Below are positions 20,101-28,012 of a DNA stretch of 32,000 bases, piece by piece. Origin of the DNA: an uncultured Thermoleophilaceae bacterium (GTDB lineage: Bacteria > Actinomycetota > Thermoleophilia > Solirubrobacterales > Thermoleophilaceae); NCBI GenBank assembly GCA_963746825.1, contig CAVVCU010000005.1:742446-774445 (forward strand). Reading direction: 5' to 3'. A program made the translations under genes and the position numbers. The notes under the pieces are model-generated. The model was not told where the DNA came from. It made no database searches and saw only the letters and a list, made by a program, of their open reading frames with translations. Position 1 is the first letter of the stretch; every line of letters begins with the position of its first letter.

Positions 20101-22286
20101 TGAGCGCCCACCAGCTCGGCGTAGCGCCCGTCGGCGGCCATCAGGTCGTCGTGGGTGCCGCGCTCGGACACCTTGCCCTGGTCGAGCACGATGATCTCGT
20201 CGCAGTCGCGGATCGTGCTCAGGCGGTGGGCGATGATCAGGCACGTGCAGCCGCGGCGGCGGAGGTTGAGGTCGATGGCCAGCTCGGTCTGGGTGTCGAG
20301 CGCGCTGGTGGCCTCGTCGAGCACCAGCACCGACGGCTCCAGGGCGAGTGCGCGGGCGATCTCGAGTCGCTGGCGCTGGCCGCCGCTGAAGTCGCGCCCG
20401 TCCTCGGCCACGCTGCTCTCGAGCGCTCCCGGGCGCTGCATGATCACCGGCCGGATGCAGGCGTCCTCGGTGGCCCGTTCGACGACCTGGCGGTCGACCG
20501 ACTCGTCCCAGAGCGTGAGGTTCTGGGCCACCGTGCCGGAGAACAGGCGGATGTCCTGATCGACCGAGGCCACCGAGCCCGTGATCACGTCGCGCGGCAG
20601 CTGGGTGCGGTCCACCCCGTCGAGCAGCACCTGGCCCTCCCACGGCTCGTAGAGGCCGAGCACGAGCTTCCCGACCGTCGACTTGCCGCTGCCGGTCGAG
20701 CCCACGAGCGCCACGCGCTGCCCGGGCGCCAGCCGCAGCGAGAAGGACTCGAGCAGCGGGGCCTGGTGGCGCCCGTAGCCGAAGGTCACGTCACGCAGCT
20801 CGACGAATCCCTCCAGCCTGCGCGCGCGATCCGCGGACGCTCCGTTGGCCTCCGCCGGGCGGGCGGGATCGCCGATGCCCGCCAGGTGAGGATCGATGTC
20901 GTAGTCGAGCACGTCCTGGACCTGGGCCAGGTTGGCGCGCGCCGTCTGCAGCTGGGTGGCCAGGGCGACGAGGTTCGAGATCGGCAGGAGAAAGGAGGCC
21001 ATCAGCGTCGTGAAGGCCACGAGCGCCCCGACAGTGAGCTGGCCCTCGGTTACCAGCAGAGCGCCTCCGACGAGCACCACGGCACTGCTGAAGGCCGACA
21101 GCGTGGCGGGTGTTGCCGTGAGCGTGGCGGTCAGCCCGCCGACCGACTGCGAAGCGTTGACCGCGTGCGTCTGGAAGCCGGCCCAGCGGGCGAAGTACTC
21201 GTCCTCGGCGCCGGTGGCCTTGATCGACTCGATGATCCCGAGGCCGCCGAAGGCCACCCCGTCGAGGCGCACCTGCTCGTGCTGGAGCAGGTTGTTGGCA
21301 TCGATGCGCCGGCGGGCGACGAGCTGGAGCGCGACGAAGTTGAGCAGCCCGATGCCGATGCCGATCAGCGTCAGCGTCACGCTGTAGTGGAACATCACCA
21401 CCACGTAGAGGACGAGGGTGATCAGCCCGATGAAGGCCGTTGCGAGCTGGCCGGAGAGCAGCTGAGCGATGTCGTCGTTGAGCTGCACGCGCGTGACCAC
21501 GCCGCCCACGAAGCGCTGGGCGAAGAACTCGCTGGGCAGGCGGAGCAGGTGCCAGAGGAAGCGGCTCGAGGTACGAAGCGTGAGCCCGATCTGGAGCCGC
21601 ACCAGCGCCAGCTGCTGCACGTAGGTGAGCGCCAGCAGGAGAGCGAGGGTGAAGGTCATGGCGCCCAGGAGCGGCCAGACCGAGTCCGACGAATCCGGAA
21701 TCAGCACCTCGTCGATGAACAGCTGGGAGAACAACGCCGCGAGGATCGTCGGCACGGCCAGGGCCACCCCCGCGATCACGGCAGCGAGCAACCCCAGCCG
21801 CGAGCCGTCGAGTATGCGCCAGAGCGACCGCGTGAAGGTCGAGCGCCGGCCGCCCCGCTCGAACTCGGCCGTGGGCTCGAAGGTGAGGACGATGCCGGAG
21901 TAGGCGTCGGCGAACTCCTGGAAGCTGATCTTGCGGCGGCCGATCGCGGGGTCGGCCAGTTCGATCGTGTCGCCGTGAATGCGCGTCAACACGACGAAGT
22001 GGCTCGCGTTGAGGTACACGATCGCCGGTAGCCGCACGTCGGCCAGCTCCTGCTCGGTCTTGCGGTATCCGTGCGCGTCGAGCCCGTACGAGCGCGCCGC
22101 CGCCAGCAGCGCGGCCGCGCTGGCCCCGTCGCGCGAGACGCCGCAGTCGGCGCGCAGCCGCTCGAGGGCCACGAAGCGGCCGTGGGCGCCGAGCACCATC
22201 GCCAGCGACGCCGCACCACACTCCGCCTCCTCCATCTGGAGCACCACCGGCACGCGGCTGGCCGGGATGTCGTGCTCCCGTTTCAC
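20097..22286 (-). CDS. Peptidase C39-domain bacteriocin ABC exporter (leader-cleaving, double-glycine type)
   Basis: 729 aa, GTG start 22286 (GTGA overlap with the HlyD stop). C39 motifs QMEEAECGAASLAMVLG (Gln/Cys) and NASHFVVL (His). Walker A GSTGSGKST, signature FSGGQRQRLEIARAL, Walker B VLVLDEATSALD. Confidence 0.9.
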   Translation of the reverse strand: MKREHDIPASRVPVVLQMEEAECGAASLAMVLGAHGRFVALERLRADCGVSRDGASAAALLAAARSYGLDAHGYRKTEQELADVRLPAIVYLNASHFVVLTRIHGDTIELADPAIGRRKISFQEFADAYSGIVLTFEPTAEFERGGRRSTFTRSLWRILDGSRLGLLAAVIAGVALAVPTILAALFSQLFIDEVLIPDSSDSVWPLLGAMTFTLALLLALTYVQQLALVRLQIGLTLRTSSRFLWHLLRLPSEFFAQRFVGGVVTRVQLNDDIAQLLSGQLATAFIGLITLVLYVVVMFHYSVTLTLIGIGIGLLNFVALQLVARRRIDANNLLQHEQVRLDGVAFGGLGIIESIKATGAEDEYFARWAGFQTHAVNASQSVGGLTATLTATPATLSAFSSAVVLVGGALLVTEGQLTVGALVAFTTLMASFLLPISNLVALATQLQTARANLAQVQDVLDYDIDPHLAGIGDPARPAEANGASADRARRLEGFVELRDVTFGYGRHQAPLLESFSLRLAPGQRVALVGSTGSGKSTVGKLVLGLYEPWEGQVLLDGVDRTQLPRDVITGSVASVDQDIRLFSGTVAQNLTLWDESVDRQVVERATEDACIRPVIMQRPGALESSVAEDGRDFSGGQRQRLEIARALALEPSVLVLDEATSALDTQTELAIDLNLRRRGCTCLIIAHRLSTIRDCDEIIVLDQGKVSERGTHDDLMAADGRYAELVGAQ

Positions 22287-23092
22287 GGGAAGACCTGGTC
22301 GAGTACCGATCCCTCCGACACGACGATGCTGGCCTCGGTCAGCTGGCCGGCCGAAATCGAGGCGTCCGACCCGCTCGGCGTGGACCAGGCCAGGCCTCCG
22401 GGCCCCGACGGGTCGGAGCGCAGCTTGATCTCAACCAGGTAGACGGCCTGCGAGCGAGCAACCTCGTTGATCACGCGCTCGCCGCCGAAGATGCGCTCCA
22501 GCTCGGCGTCGCCGGCCGGATAGGGGTCGATGTCGGCCACCTTGCCGTGGGCGTAGCCGAGCTCGGCGCCGCCCACGCTGTCCGGGCGCACCTGCACCGG
22601 CGCACCCACGTAGATCTCCGAGCGCCGGTCGACCGGCACCACGACGTTCGCGGCCAGCGCCCCGCCGGTCGGCTCGAGTGAGAAGAGCCGCTCGCCGGTG
22701 GTCACCACCGCCCCGGTGCTCGCCACGGCGTCGACCACGCGTCCGTCGATCGGTGAGCGGAGGACCGTGGGCGTGCCGTCGGCCCCCGTGATGGTGGCCA
22801 GCGCCTGGCCCTTCCGTACGCGCGCGTCGATGTTTGCCTGGAGCGCCGTCACGCGGCCGGCGGCCGGCGCCTGCACGACGCTCGGGCCCTCGCCGCGCTG
22901 CAGGATGCCGCGGCTCGGCACGGTCTCGCGCACGGTGGCGAAGAAGCCCCACGCGACCGCGAGGCCCACGAGGACGAGGAGCGCGGCGAGCACGATCCAC
23001 AGCCGTGGGCGGATGAGGGTGAGCAGGCGGTCGAGCTGGTCCGGCGAAACGGGGCCGCGGCCTGCGGGGGCGTCGACGGGCTCGGCGGTCAT
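22283..23092 (-). CDS. HlyD-family secretion adaptor, short form (NHLM-system secretion protein type)
   Basis: 269 aa from ATG 23092 (ATGA overlap with the SagB stop). N-terminal anchor LWIVLAALLVLVGLAVAWGFFA, then barrel-sandwich/lipoyl-like strands (VVQAPAAGRVTALQANIDARVRKGQALATI ... LRSPIDGRVVDAVASTGAVVTTGERLFSL). There is no long coiled-coil hairpin. Confidence 0.8.
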   Translation of the reverse strand: MTAEPVDAPAGRGPVSPDQLDRLLTLIRPRLWIVLAALLVLVGLAVAWGFFATVRETVPSRGILQRGEGPSVVQAPAAGRVTALQANIDARVRKGQALATITGADGTPTVLRSPIDGRVVDAVASTGAVVTTGERLFSLEPTGGALAANVVVPVDRRSEIYVGAPVQVRPDSVGGAELGYAHGKVADIDPYPAGDAELERIFGGERVINEVARSQAVYLVEIKLRSDPSGPGGLAWSTPSGSDASISAGQLTEASIVVSEGSVLDQVFP

Positions 23093-24423
23093 GGCGCACC
23101 CGTGAGCAGGAACTCGCCGACGCTGCCCTCGTCCCAGCGGTCGAGCCCGCTGGCCCGCTCGAAGGCAAGGGCGTCGCCCCCGCCGAGTGCACAGCCGCCG
23201 ATCCCCGTCGCCGTCGCCGCGAGGTAGAGGGCGTGGTAGGCGACGCCGACGTCCTTGAGGGCGGCGGCATACGCCATGCCGGTGTACTTGTATTGCAGGC
23301 GGCCAAAGCGCGCGGCCAGTACCAGCAGCACCTGGACCGGCGCCCCGTCGGGCAGGCCCGCCGTCCAGCGCGCGCCGCCCACGAGCGGCGCCAGATCGGC
23401 GTCGGTAGCAGTTTCGATCCGGCGCAGCACGTGCTCCTCGCCCGAGTAGTGGTAGAGCCCTGGGTCGATCCCCTCGCAGTCGACGACCAGCGGGTAGAGG
23501 CCCACGGCGGCGAGCGATCCGGCGCTCGGCACCGGCCGGCTGACCTCGTCGCCGGCAGGGGCCGGGCCCACCGCCCGTACGCGCACCGTCCTGTGCAGCA
23601 GCTCGGCGAGCTGATCGATCGTCAGCGATCCGGCCGCCCGGCGCCGCGACCGGCGGCGCTCGGCCACCTCCGCGTAGCCGGCTGCGTCGTCCGGAGCCGG
23701 CTCGATGAGCTTGATCGGGGCGCCCGTGGCCCCGGCGGGCAGATGCTCGCCCGGGAGCGCGTCCATCTTCCCCGCGAGGGGCTTGGTGGCTCCGTAGGGC
23801 CGCGGAGAACGGCCCCAAAGGCGGCTGCGTGTGTGGAAGAGGCGGTCGTGGAACTCCCAGCGATCCACGGGCTCGAGCGGCCCGGGCGCGTCGTCGTCGG
23901 TGGCCACGAGGATTCCCGCGTGGCACAACACGTTCCGCCATGCCGGGGGCACGTCACCGGAAAGCAGCGCGCTCGCGAAGCGGGGTTCGATCGGGTCGCT
24001 GCGCCCCGGGTCGGCCGCCGATTCGAGGATCAGCCCGCCTAGGTCGCCGAGGCCGCGGCGCAGGAACACGTCGGGACTCAGCTCGAGCTCGTGGGCGTGT
24101 CCCGTGGGCTCGTCGGGCAGCGCCGGTGTGGCGATCGTGGCCGCCACGCCCTGCTCGTCCAGCAGCTGCGCGGAGATCATCCCGCGGCCACACAGCCGGT
24201 CGAGCAGCGACCGGGCCTCGATCTCGGCCAGCAATCGGTTGTCCGGGCCCGCGGCGCCCGCCGCCTGGTCGATCAGCTGGTCCGCGGACACCCCGGGCGA
24301 GGAGCCCAGCAGCTCCAGCAGCGTGGCCGACAACGGCGACGCGCCGGCGGGGACCGCCTCGAGGCCCGGGCGCCATCCAAGGGCCACCGTGGTCTGCGCC
24401 TCGGTTAAAAGAAGACTGCCCAC
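23089..24423 (-). CDS. SagB-type FMN-dependent azoline dehydrogenase (nitroreductase fold) with N-terminal extension
   Basis: About 444 aa. The C-terminal half matches SagB/McbC-type dehydrogenases (RRSRRRAAGSLTIDQLAELLHRT, PSAGSLAAVGLYPLV, YKYTGMAYAA, GIGGCALGG). The start is set at GTG 24423, a 19-nt overlap with the YcaO gene. A GTG 9 codons downstream is an alternative. The track ORF start at 24741 lies inside the YcaO gene. Confidence 0.85.
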   Translation of the reverse strand: MGSLLLTEAQTTVALGWRPGLEAVPAGASPLSATLLELLGSSPGVSADQLIDQAAGAAGPDNRLLAEIEARSLLDRLCGRGMISAQLLDEQGVAATIATPALPDEPTGHAHELELSPDVFLRRGLGDLGGLILESAADPGRSDPIEPRFASALLSGDVPPAWRNVLCHAGILVATDDDAPGPLEPVDRWEFHDRLFHTRSRLWGRSPRPYGATKPLAGKMDALPGEHLPAGATGAPIKLIEPAPDDAAGYAEVAERRRSRRRAAGSLTIDQLAELLHRTVRVRAVGPAPAGDEVSRPVPSAGSLAAVGLYPLVVDCEGIDPGLYHYSGEEHVLRRIETATDADLAPLVGGARWTAGLPDGAPVQVLLVLAARFGRLQYKYTGMAYAAALKDVGVAYHALYLAATATGIGGCALGGGDALAFERASGLDRWDEGSVGEFLLTGAP

Positions 24424-26708
24424 GGGTTCAGGTCCTCCTCGGGGACGGGACGCTCGAGCCAGCCGAGCGCGACGGGGACGTCGTAGAGCCGCCCGGCGCC
24501 GAGCCGCGACCACATGTGGCGCAGCCCCGGTGCGACGGCCTTCACCACCGGCAACCCGATGTCCGGGCGCGTCTGGTCGAGCAGGTACAGCGGCACCCCG
24601 GCCTCGGCAATGCGCTCCGTGCAGGTGGTGAGCTCGGTCAGCAGGTCGGGATCGGACCGGTCGGGCATCTCGGCGATCGAGCGCGACGGGCCCGGAGCGG
24701 GCGCCAGGTAGGCGTGCTCCTCGAGCCGGGCGCAGCTCCACCAGCGGGAGGCCGCCTCGTCGAAGGTGACGTAGCGGTCCTCACCGGCGTCACCCCACCG
24801 CTCGAAGCTGGCCAGAAACTGGACCAGCTCGGAGAGGGCGCGCACCACGGCTCCGGCAGGGTCGATGTGGGCTCCGAAGCCGAATACCAGCTCCTCGTCG
24901 GAGCCCCGTCGGCGGCTGGCGGCGCACACCACCGGGATGCCGAGGTCGTTGGTGAGGTCGATCGCCCACACCTCGCGGCCGAGCTGGTCGAGGCGGTTGA
25001 CGAGTCGCTCGACGTAGGGGTCGGTGACCGAGGCGAGGTCGATGCCGGGCCGCTGCACGCGGTTGTACCACCAGATTCCGACCGCGTCCCGCTCGATCAG
25101 CTCGAGCACCCCCTGCAGGGCCGCGTCCTCCAGTGACGAGCCGGCGGCGTGGCCGTTCGAGTCGGCCAGGAAGTAGAGCTCCGAAGCGCTTCGGTAGCCG
25201 TGGTAGCTCGCGTAGTTGAAGTAGCACATGCCCGCCGGCAGCAGGCGGCGAGTGCCGTCGACCGGCGACCACATCGGGCTCCAGTCGATCTCCGCGTCGA
25301 CGTCGAAGGGCTCGGGGACGAGCTGGGACGAAATGGTATGGATGCGGCCGGCCTCGTTGAGCGCCTCGCGCTCGCGGTACTGGCGCTCGCTGAAGCCCAT
25401 CACGTCGTTGGGGTGGATGGCCTCCTCCAGCTCGGAGTAGCGGCCCCGAACATTGGCCTCGTCGCCGCGGTACACGCCCGAGTAGCGCTCGAGCGCCTCG
25501 CAGATGGCGCCGACGCGCGCGTCCGCGTCGGTCGGGCCCTTGCCGCCCGAGCGAACCCTGAGGCTCCGGCGCAAGAAGGCGAGGCCGTCGTACTGGACGG
25601 CGAAGTTGTGACCCGCCGTGTAGGCGTGGATCACTCCCTCCTGGTCGGCGAACACGCTGTCGACCGACTTGACCGCACCGGTGATCGGGCTGACGTGGGT
25701 GCCCACGCGCTCGAGGGTGGCCTCGACGCTCGCCGCGCGGTGCAGGCGGTTGCCGGCCGAGGGCCGGCTGCTGAGCACGGGAGCCGAGAAGCCGCGGTCC
25801 GCGACCATTCCGGGGTCGCCGCATGCCGGGCATTGGGGGCGCCGGATCAGCGCGTGCCGCGCGACCTCGAGGGTGCGGGTGTCGATCGTGAGCAAAGTGC
25901 CCTCGAGCGGCCGGGCGGCGGTGCCCCCGGCGACGTTGCGCAGCTGCTGTGCGGCCAGGGCGGCGGCGAGCCGTTCGGCCGCGGGATCCTGTGCGCGGCC
26001 GACCGGGCTCTCGATCGGTGCGCCGCGCTGCTGAGACAGATACGACTCGACGGCCCGGTTGCCCTGAAGGCGCTCGGCCAGGCAGTGCCAGCAGCCGGTT
26101 TGCCCGGGCACCAGCAGTGGGCCGAGCCAGATCGTGGCGCCCACCGGCTTGAGCAGCAGCCAGGGCTCGCCCGCGGCCCGCTGGCGCTCGTCCACCGCGG
26201 CCAGCTCGGAAGTGAGGTAGTCGGCGGTGGCGACCGCCGTGAGCGTGCCCTCCGCGCCCGGAGCACCGAGCAGCCCGGCGGCGTCGAGCGCCTCGTCGAG
26301 CACGGTGGGGTCGATGTCGCCGAGGGTCGTGGCGCGCACACCGGTGGCCGCGACCCGCGGCTCCGCGTCATCGGCGCTCACCCCCGCCAGCGCCCAGTAG
26401 GCGCGCTGGCCGTCGGAGACGCCGGCGTCGCCCGCGGTCTCCAGGTAGCCCTTCGCGGTCATGGTTTCGAGCACGTGGTAGGTCTCGAGGGGCGTGAAGC
26501 GGTCGGCCAATGCCTCCGCGAGGTCGTCGGCGCTTCGCGTGCCATCGACCAGCTCACCCAGCGCGCGGTGGATGGGCTCGCTCAGCACCTTCGAGCCGTC
26601 CTCGGAGAGCAGGAAGACCCCGACCCCGTCCACGCGCTCCACCGAGAAGCGCGGATCGAAGCGCACCGCGGTGCTGCCCGTTGCGAGGGGAGGCGAAAGG
26701 GTGCTCAT
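24405..26708 (-). CDS. Fused TOMM cyclodehydratase: E1/ThiF-like docking (C-protein) domain + YcaO (D-protein) domain
   Basis: 767 aa, ATG 26708 (ATGA overlap with the LLM stop). N-terminal winged-helix-like segment (VLSEPIHRALGELVDGTRSADDLAEAL). The E1-like region ends in RRPQCPACGDP. The C-terminal half is a YcaO/SagD-type domain (GKGPTDADARVGAICEALERYSG ... NGHAAGSSLEDAALQGVLELIERDAV ... PVVKAVAPGL). Confidence 0.9.
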   Translation of the reverse strand: MSTLSPPLATGSTAVRFDPRFSVERVDGVGVFLLSEDGSKVLSEPIHRALGELVDGTRSADDLAEALADRFTPLETYHVLETMTAKGYLETAGDAGVSDGQRAYWALAGVSADDAEPRVAATGVRATTLGDIDPTVLDEALDAAGLLGAPGAEGTLTAVATADYLTSELAAVDERQRAAGEPWLLLKPVGATIWLGPLLVPGQTGCWHCLAERLQGNRAVESYLSQQRGAPIESPVGRAQDPAAERLAAALAAQQLRNVAGGTAARPLEGTLLTIDTRTLEVARHALIRRPQCPACGDPGMVADRGFSAPVLSSRPSAGNRLHRAASVEATLERVGTHVSPITGAVKSVDSVFADQEGVIHAYTAGHNFAVQYDGLAFLRRSLRVRSGGKGPTDADARVGAICEALERYSGVYRGDEANVRGRYSELEEAIHPNDVMGFSERQYREREALNEAGRIHTISSQLVPEPFDVDAEIDWSPMWSPVDGTRRLLPAGMCYFNYASYHGYRSASELYFLADSNGHAAGSSLEDAALQGVLELIERDAVGIWWYNRVQRPGIDLASVTDPYVERLVNRLDQLGREVWAIDLTNDLGIPVVCAASRRRGSDEELVFGFGAHIDPAGAVVRALSELVQFLASFERWGDAGEDRYVTFDEAASRWWSCARLEEHAYLAPAPGPSRSIAEMPDRSDPDLLTELTTCTERIAEAGVPLYLLDQTRPDIGLPVVKAVAPGLRHMWSRLGAGRLYDVPVALGWLERPVPEEDLNPWAVFF

Positions 26709-27982
26709 CGGCCGGCCGCCTCGAGGGAGACCATCTCGTCCGGGCTCCAGCCGTCGACCAGGTCGAACTCCGGCATCACCTCGGAGGCGAAGAGCTCGAG
26801 CTGGGCGATCAGCAGGTCGTCGTCCACGAGCCCCCAGGGCAGGTGCCAGACGAAGTACTCGATCCCGGCCTCGACGATGGCCTCCATGCGGCGCTTCACG
26901 TCGTCCAGGAGCCCGCCGATGACCATGCCCGAGCTCAGCAGCCGCCCGCCCACGGTCTCACCCGGGCCAGGGACCGGTCCGGTCTCGCCGGGGTGGCGCA
27001 GGGTCTCGAGAAAGCCGAAGTTGCGGTACCAGTCGGTCCAGATCGCGCGGTTGTGGTTGCGGGTCATCTCGTCCAGCTGGCTGCGATCGCGACAGATCTG
27101 GACGCTGCGGACGATGCCGGTCTGCTCGCCGGGGGCGAGCTCGCGCCCCACGCTCGCTGCCACCTCGCGGTAGCCGCGGGCCAGGCGAAACACGGTCTCG
27201 TCCGGCGTGGCGAGCATGGTCGGGATCAGGCCCTCGCGCGCTGCCCAGTCGACCGTCTTGGCGCTGGTCGAGTTGGCCTGGAACACCGGCGGGTGGGGCT
27301 GCTGGAAGGGCCGCGGCACCACGCTCACGCCGACGACCGTGCCGTTCTCGTCGACCTCGCCGGGCGTGCCGTATTGGCGGGTGAAGTCGGCCGGCGGCCA
27401 GTTCTGGATGCCCTCGTCGTAGGGGTAGGGCACCTCGTAGTGCTCGCCCTTGTACTGCAGCAGGTCGTCCGTCCACGCGGCCTTGAGGATGCGGAAGTGC
27501 TCGGCGAAGAGCCGGCGGTTGCGGGCATCGGCTTCCTCGTCGCCGAGGGACGCGGCCCTGTTTCCCATGTGCTGGCCGAGCACGTCGACCCAGCGGCGCT
27601 GATACCCGCGGGCAAGGCCGACGAAGAACCGGCCCCCCAGCATGTGGTCGATCATCGAGCAGCGCTCGGCGAGCCGGATGGGATCGTGAGTCGGCAGCAC
27701 GAAGCCGAGCTGTCCATGGCGCAGCCGGGTGGTCCGGCTGCCCAGATGGAGGTTGTACAGCCCGGGGTCGGGCGAGAGCTCGAGGCCCTCGGAGTGGAAA
27801 TGGTGCTCGGTATGGGAGAGGCCCCAGTAGCCGAGCTCGTCCAGGGTGATGGCGAGCCCCTCGAGGCTCGTGAGCATCTCCTGGAATACCTCGTTGTTGC
27901 GTCCAATGGGACGCCGCTCGAGGTCGGCGGCCGGATCGCCCGCCGACGGGTGGACCTGAATGATGACTTTGGTCTTAGCCAC
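26705..27982 (-). CDS. Luciferase-like monooxygenase (LLM) class flavin/F420-dependent oxidoreductase
   Basis: 425 aa, GTG 27982, 30 nt downstream of the precursor stop. LLM landmarks: LGYWGLSHTEHHF, RLRHGQLGFVLPTHDPIRLAERCSMIDHMLGGRFFVGLARGY, and a C-terminal TIM-barrel region. The cofactor (FMN versus F420) cannot be told from sequence by eye. Confidence 0.85.
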   Translation of the reverse strand: MAKTKVIIQVHPSAGDPAADLERRPIGRNNEVFQEMLTSLEGLAITLDELGYWGLSHTEHHFHSEGLELSPDPGLYNLHLGSRTTRLRHGQLGFVLPTHDPIRLAERCSMIDHMLGGRFFVGLARGYQRRWVDVLGQHMGNRAASLGDEEADARNRRLFAEHFRILKAAWTDDLLQYKGEHYEVPYPYDEGIQNWPPADFTRQYGTPGEVDENGTVVGVSVVPRPFQQPHPPVFQANSTSAKTVDWAAREGLIPTMLATPDETVFRLARGYREVAASVGRELAPGEQTGIVRSVQICRDRSQLDEMTRNHNRAIWTDWYRNFGFLETLRHPGETGPVPGPGETVGGRLLSSGMVIGGLLDDVKRRMEAIVEAGIEYFVWHLPWGLVDDDLLIAQLELFASEVMPEFDLVDGWSPDEMVSLEAAGR

Positions 27983-28012
27983 GACGGCGGGCGGTAGTCA
28001 GGCCGGCGTGGG

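Noticed and set aside
22283-23092. Suspicion that the HlyD-like gene is truncated or decayed, because it is only 269 aa.
   Set aside because: The ORF is intact, has an N-terminal anchor and barrel-sandwich-like strands, and overlaps the stop and start codons of its neighbours on both sides. It is more likely a genuinely short adaptor than a pseudogene.
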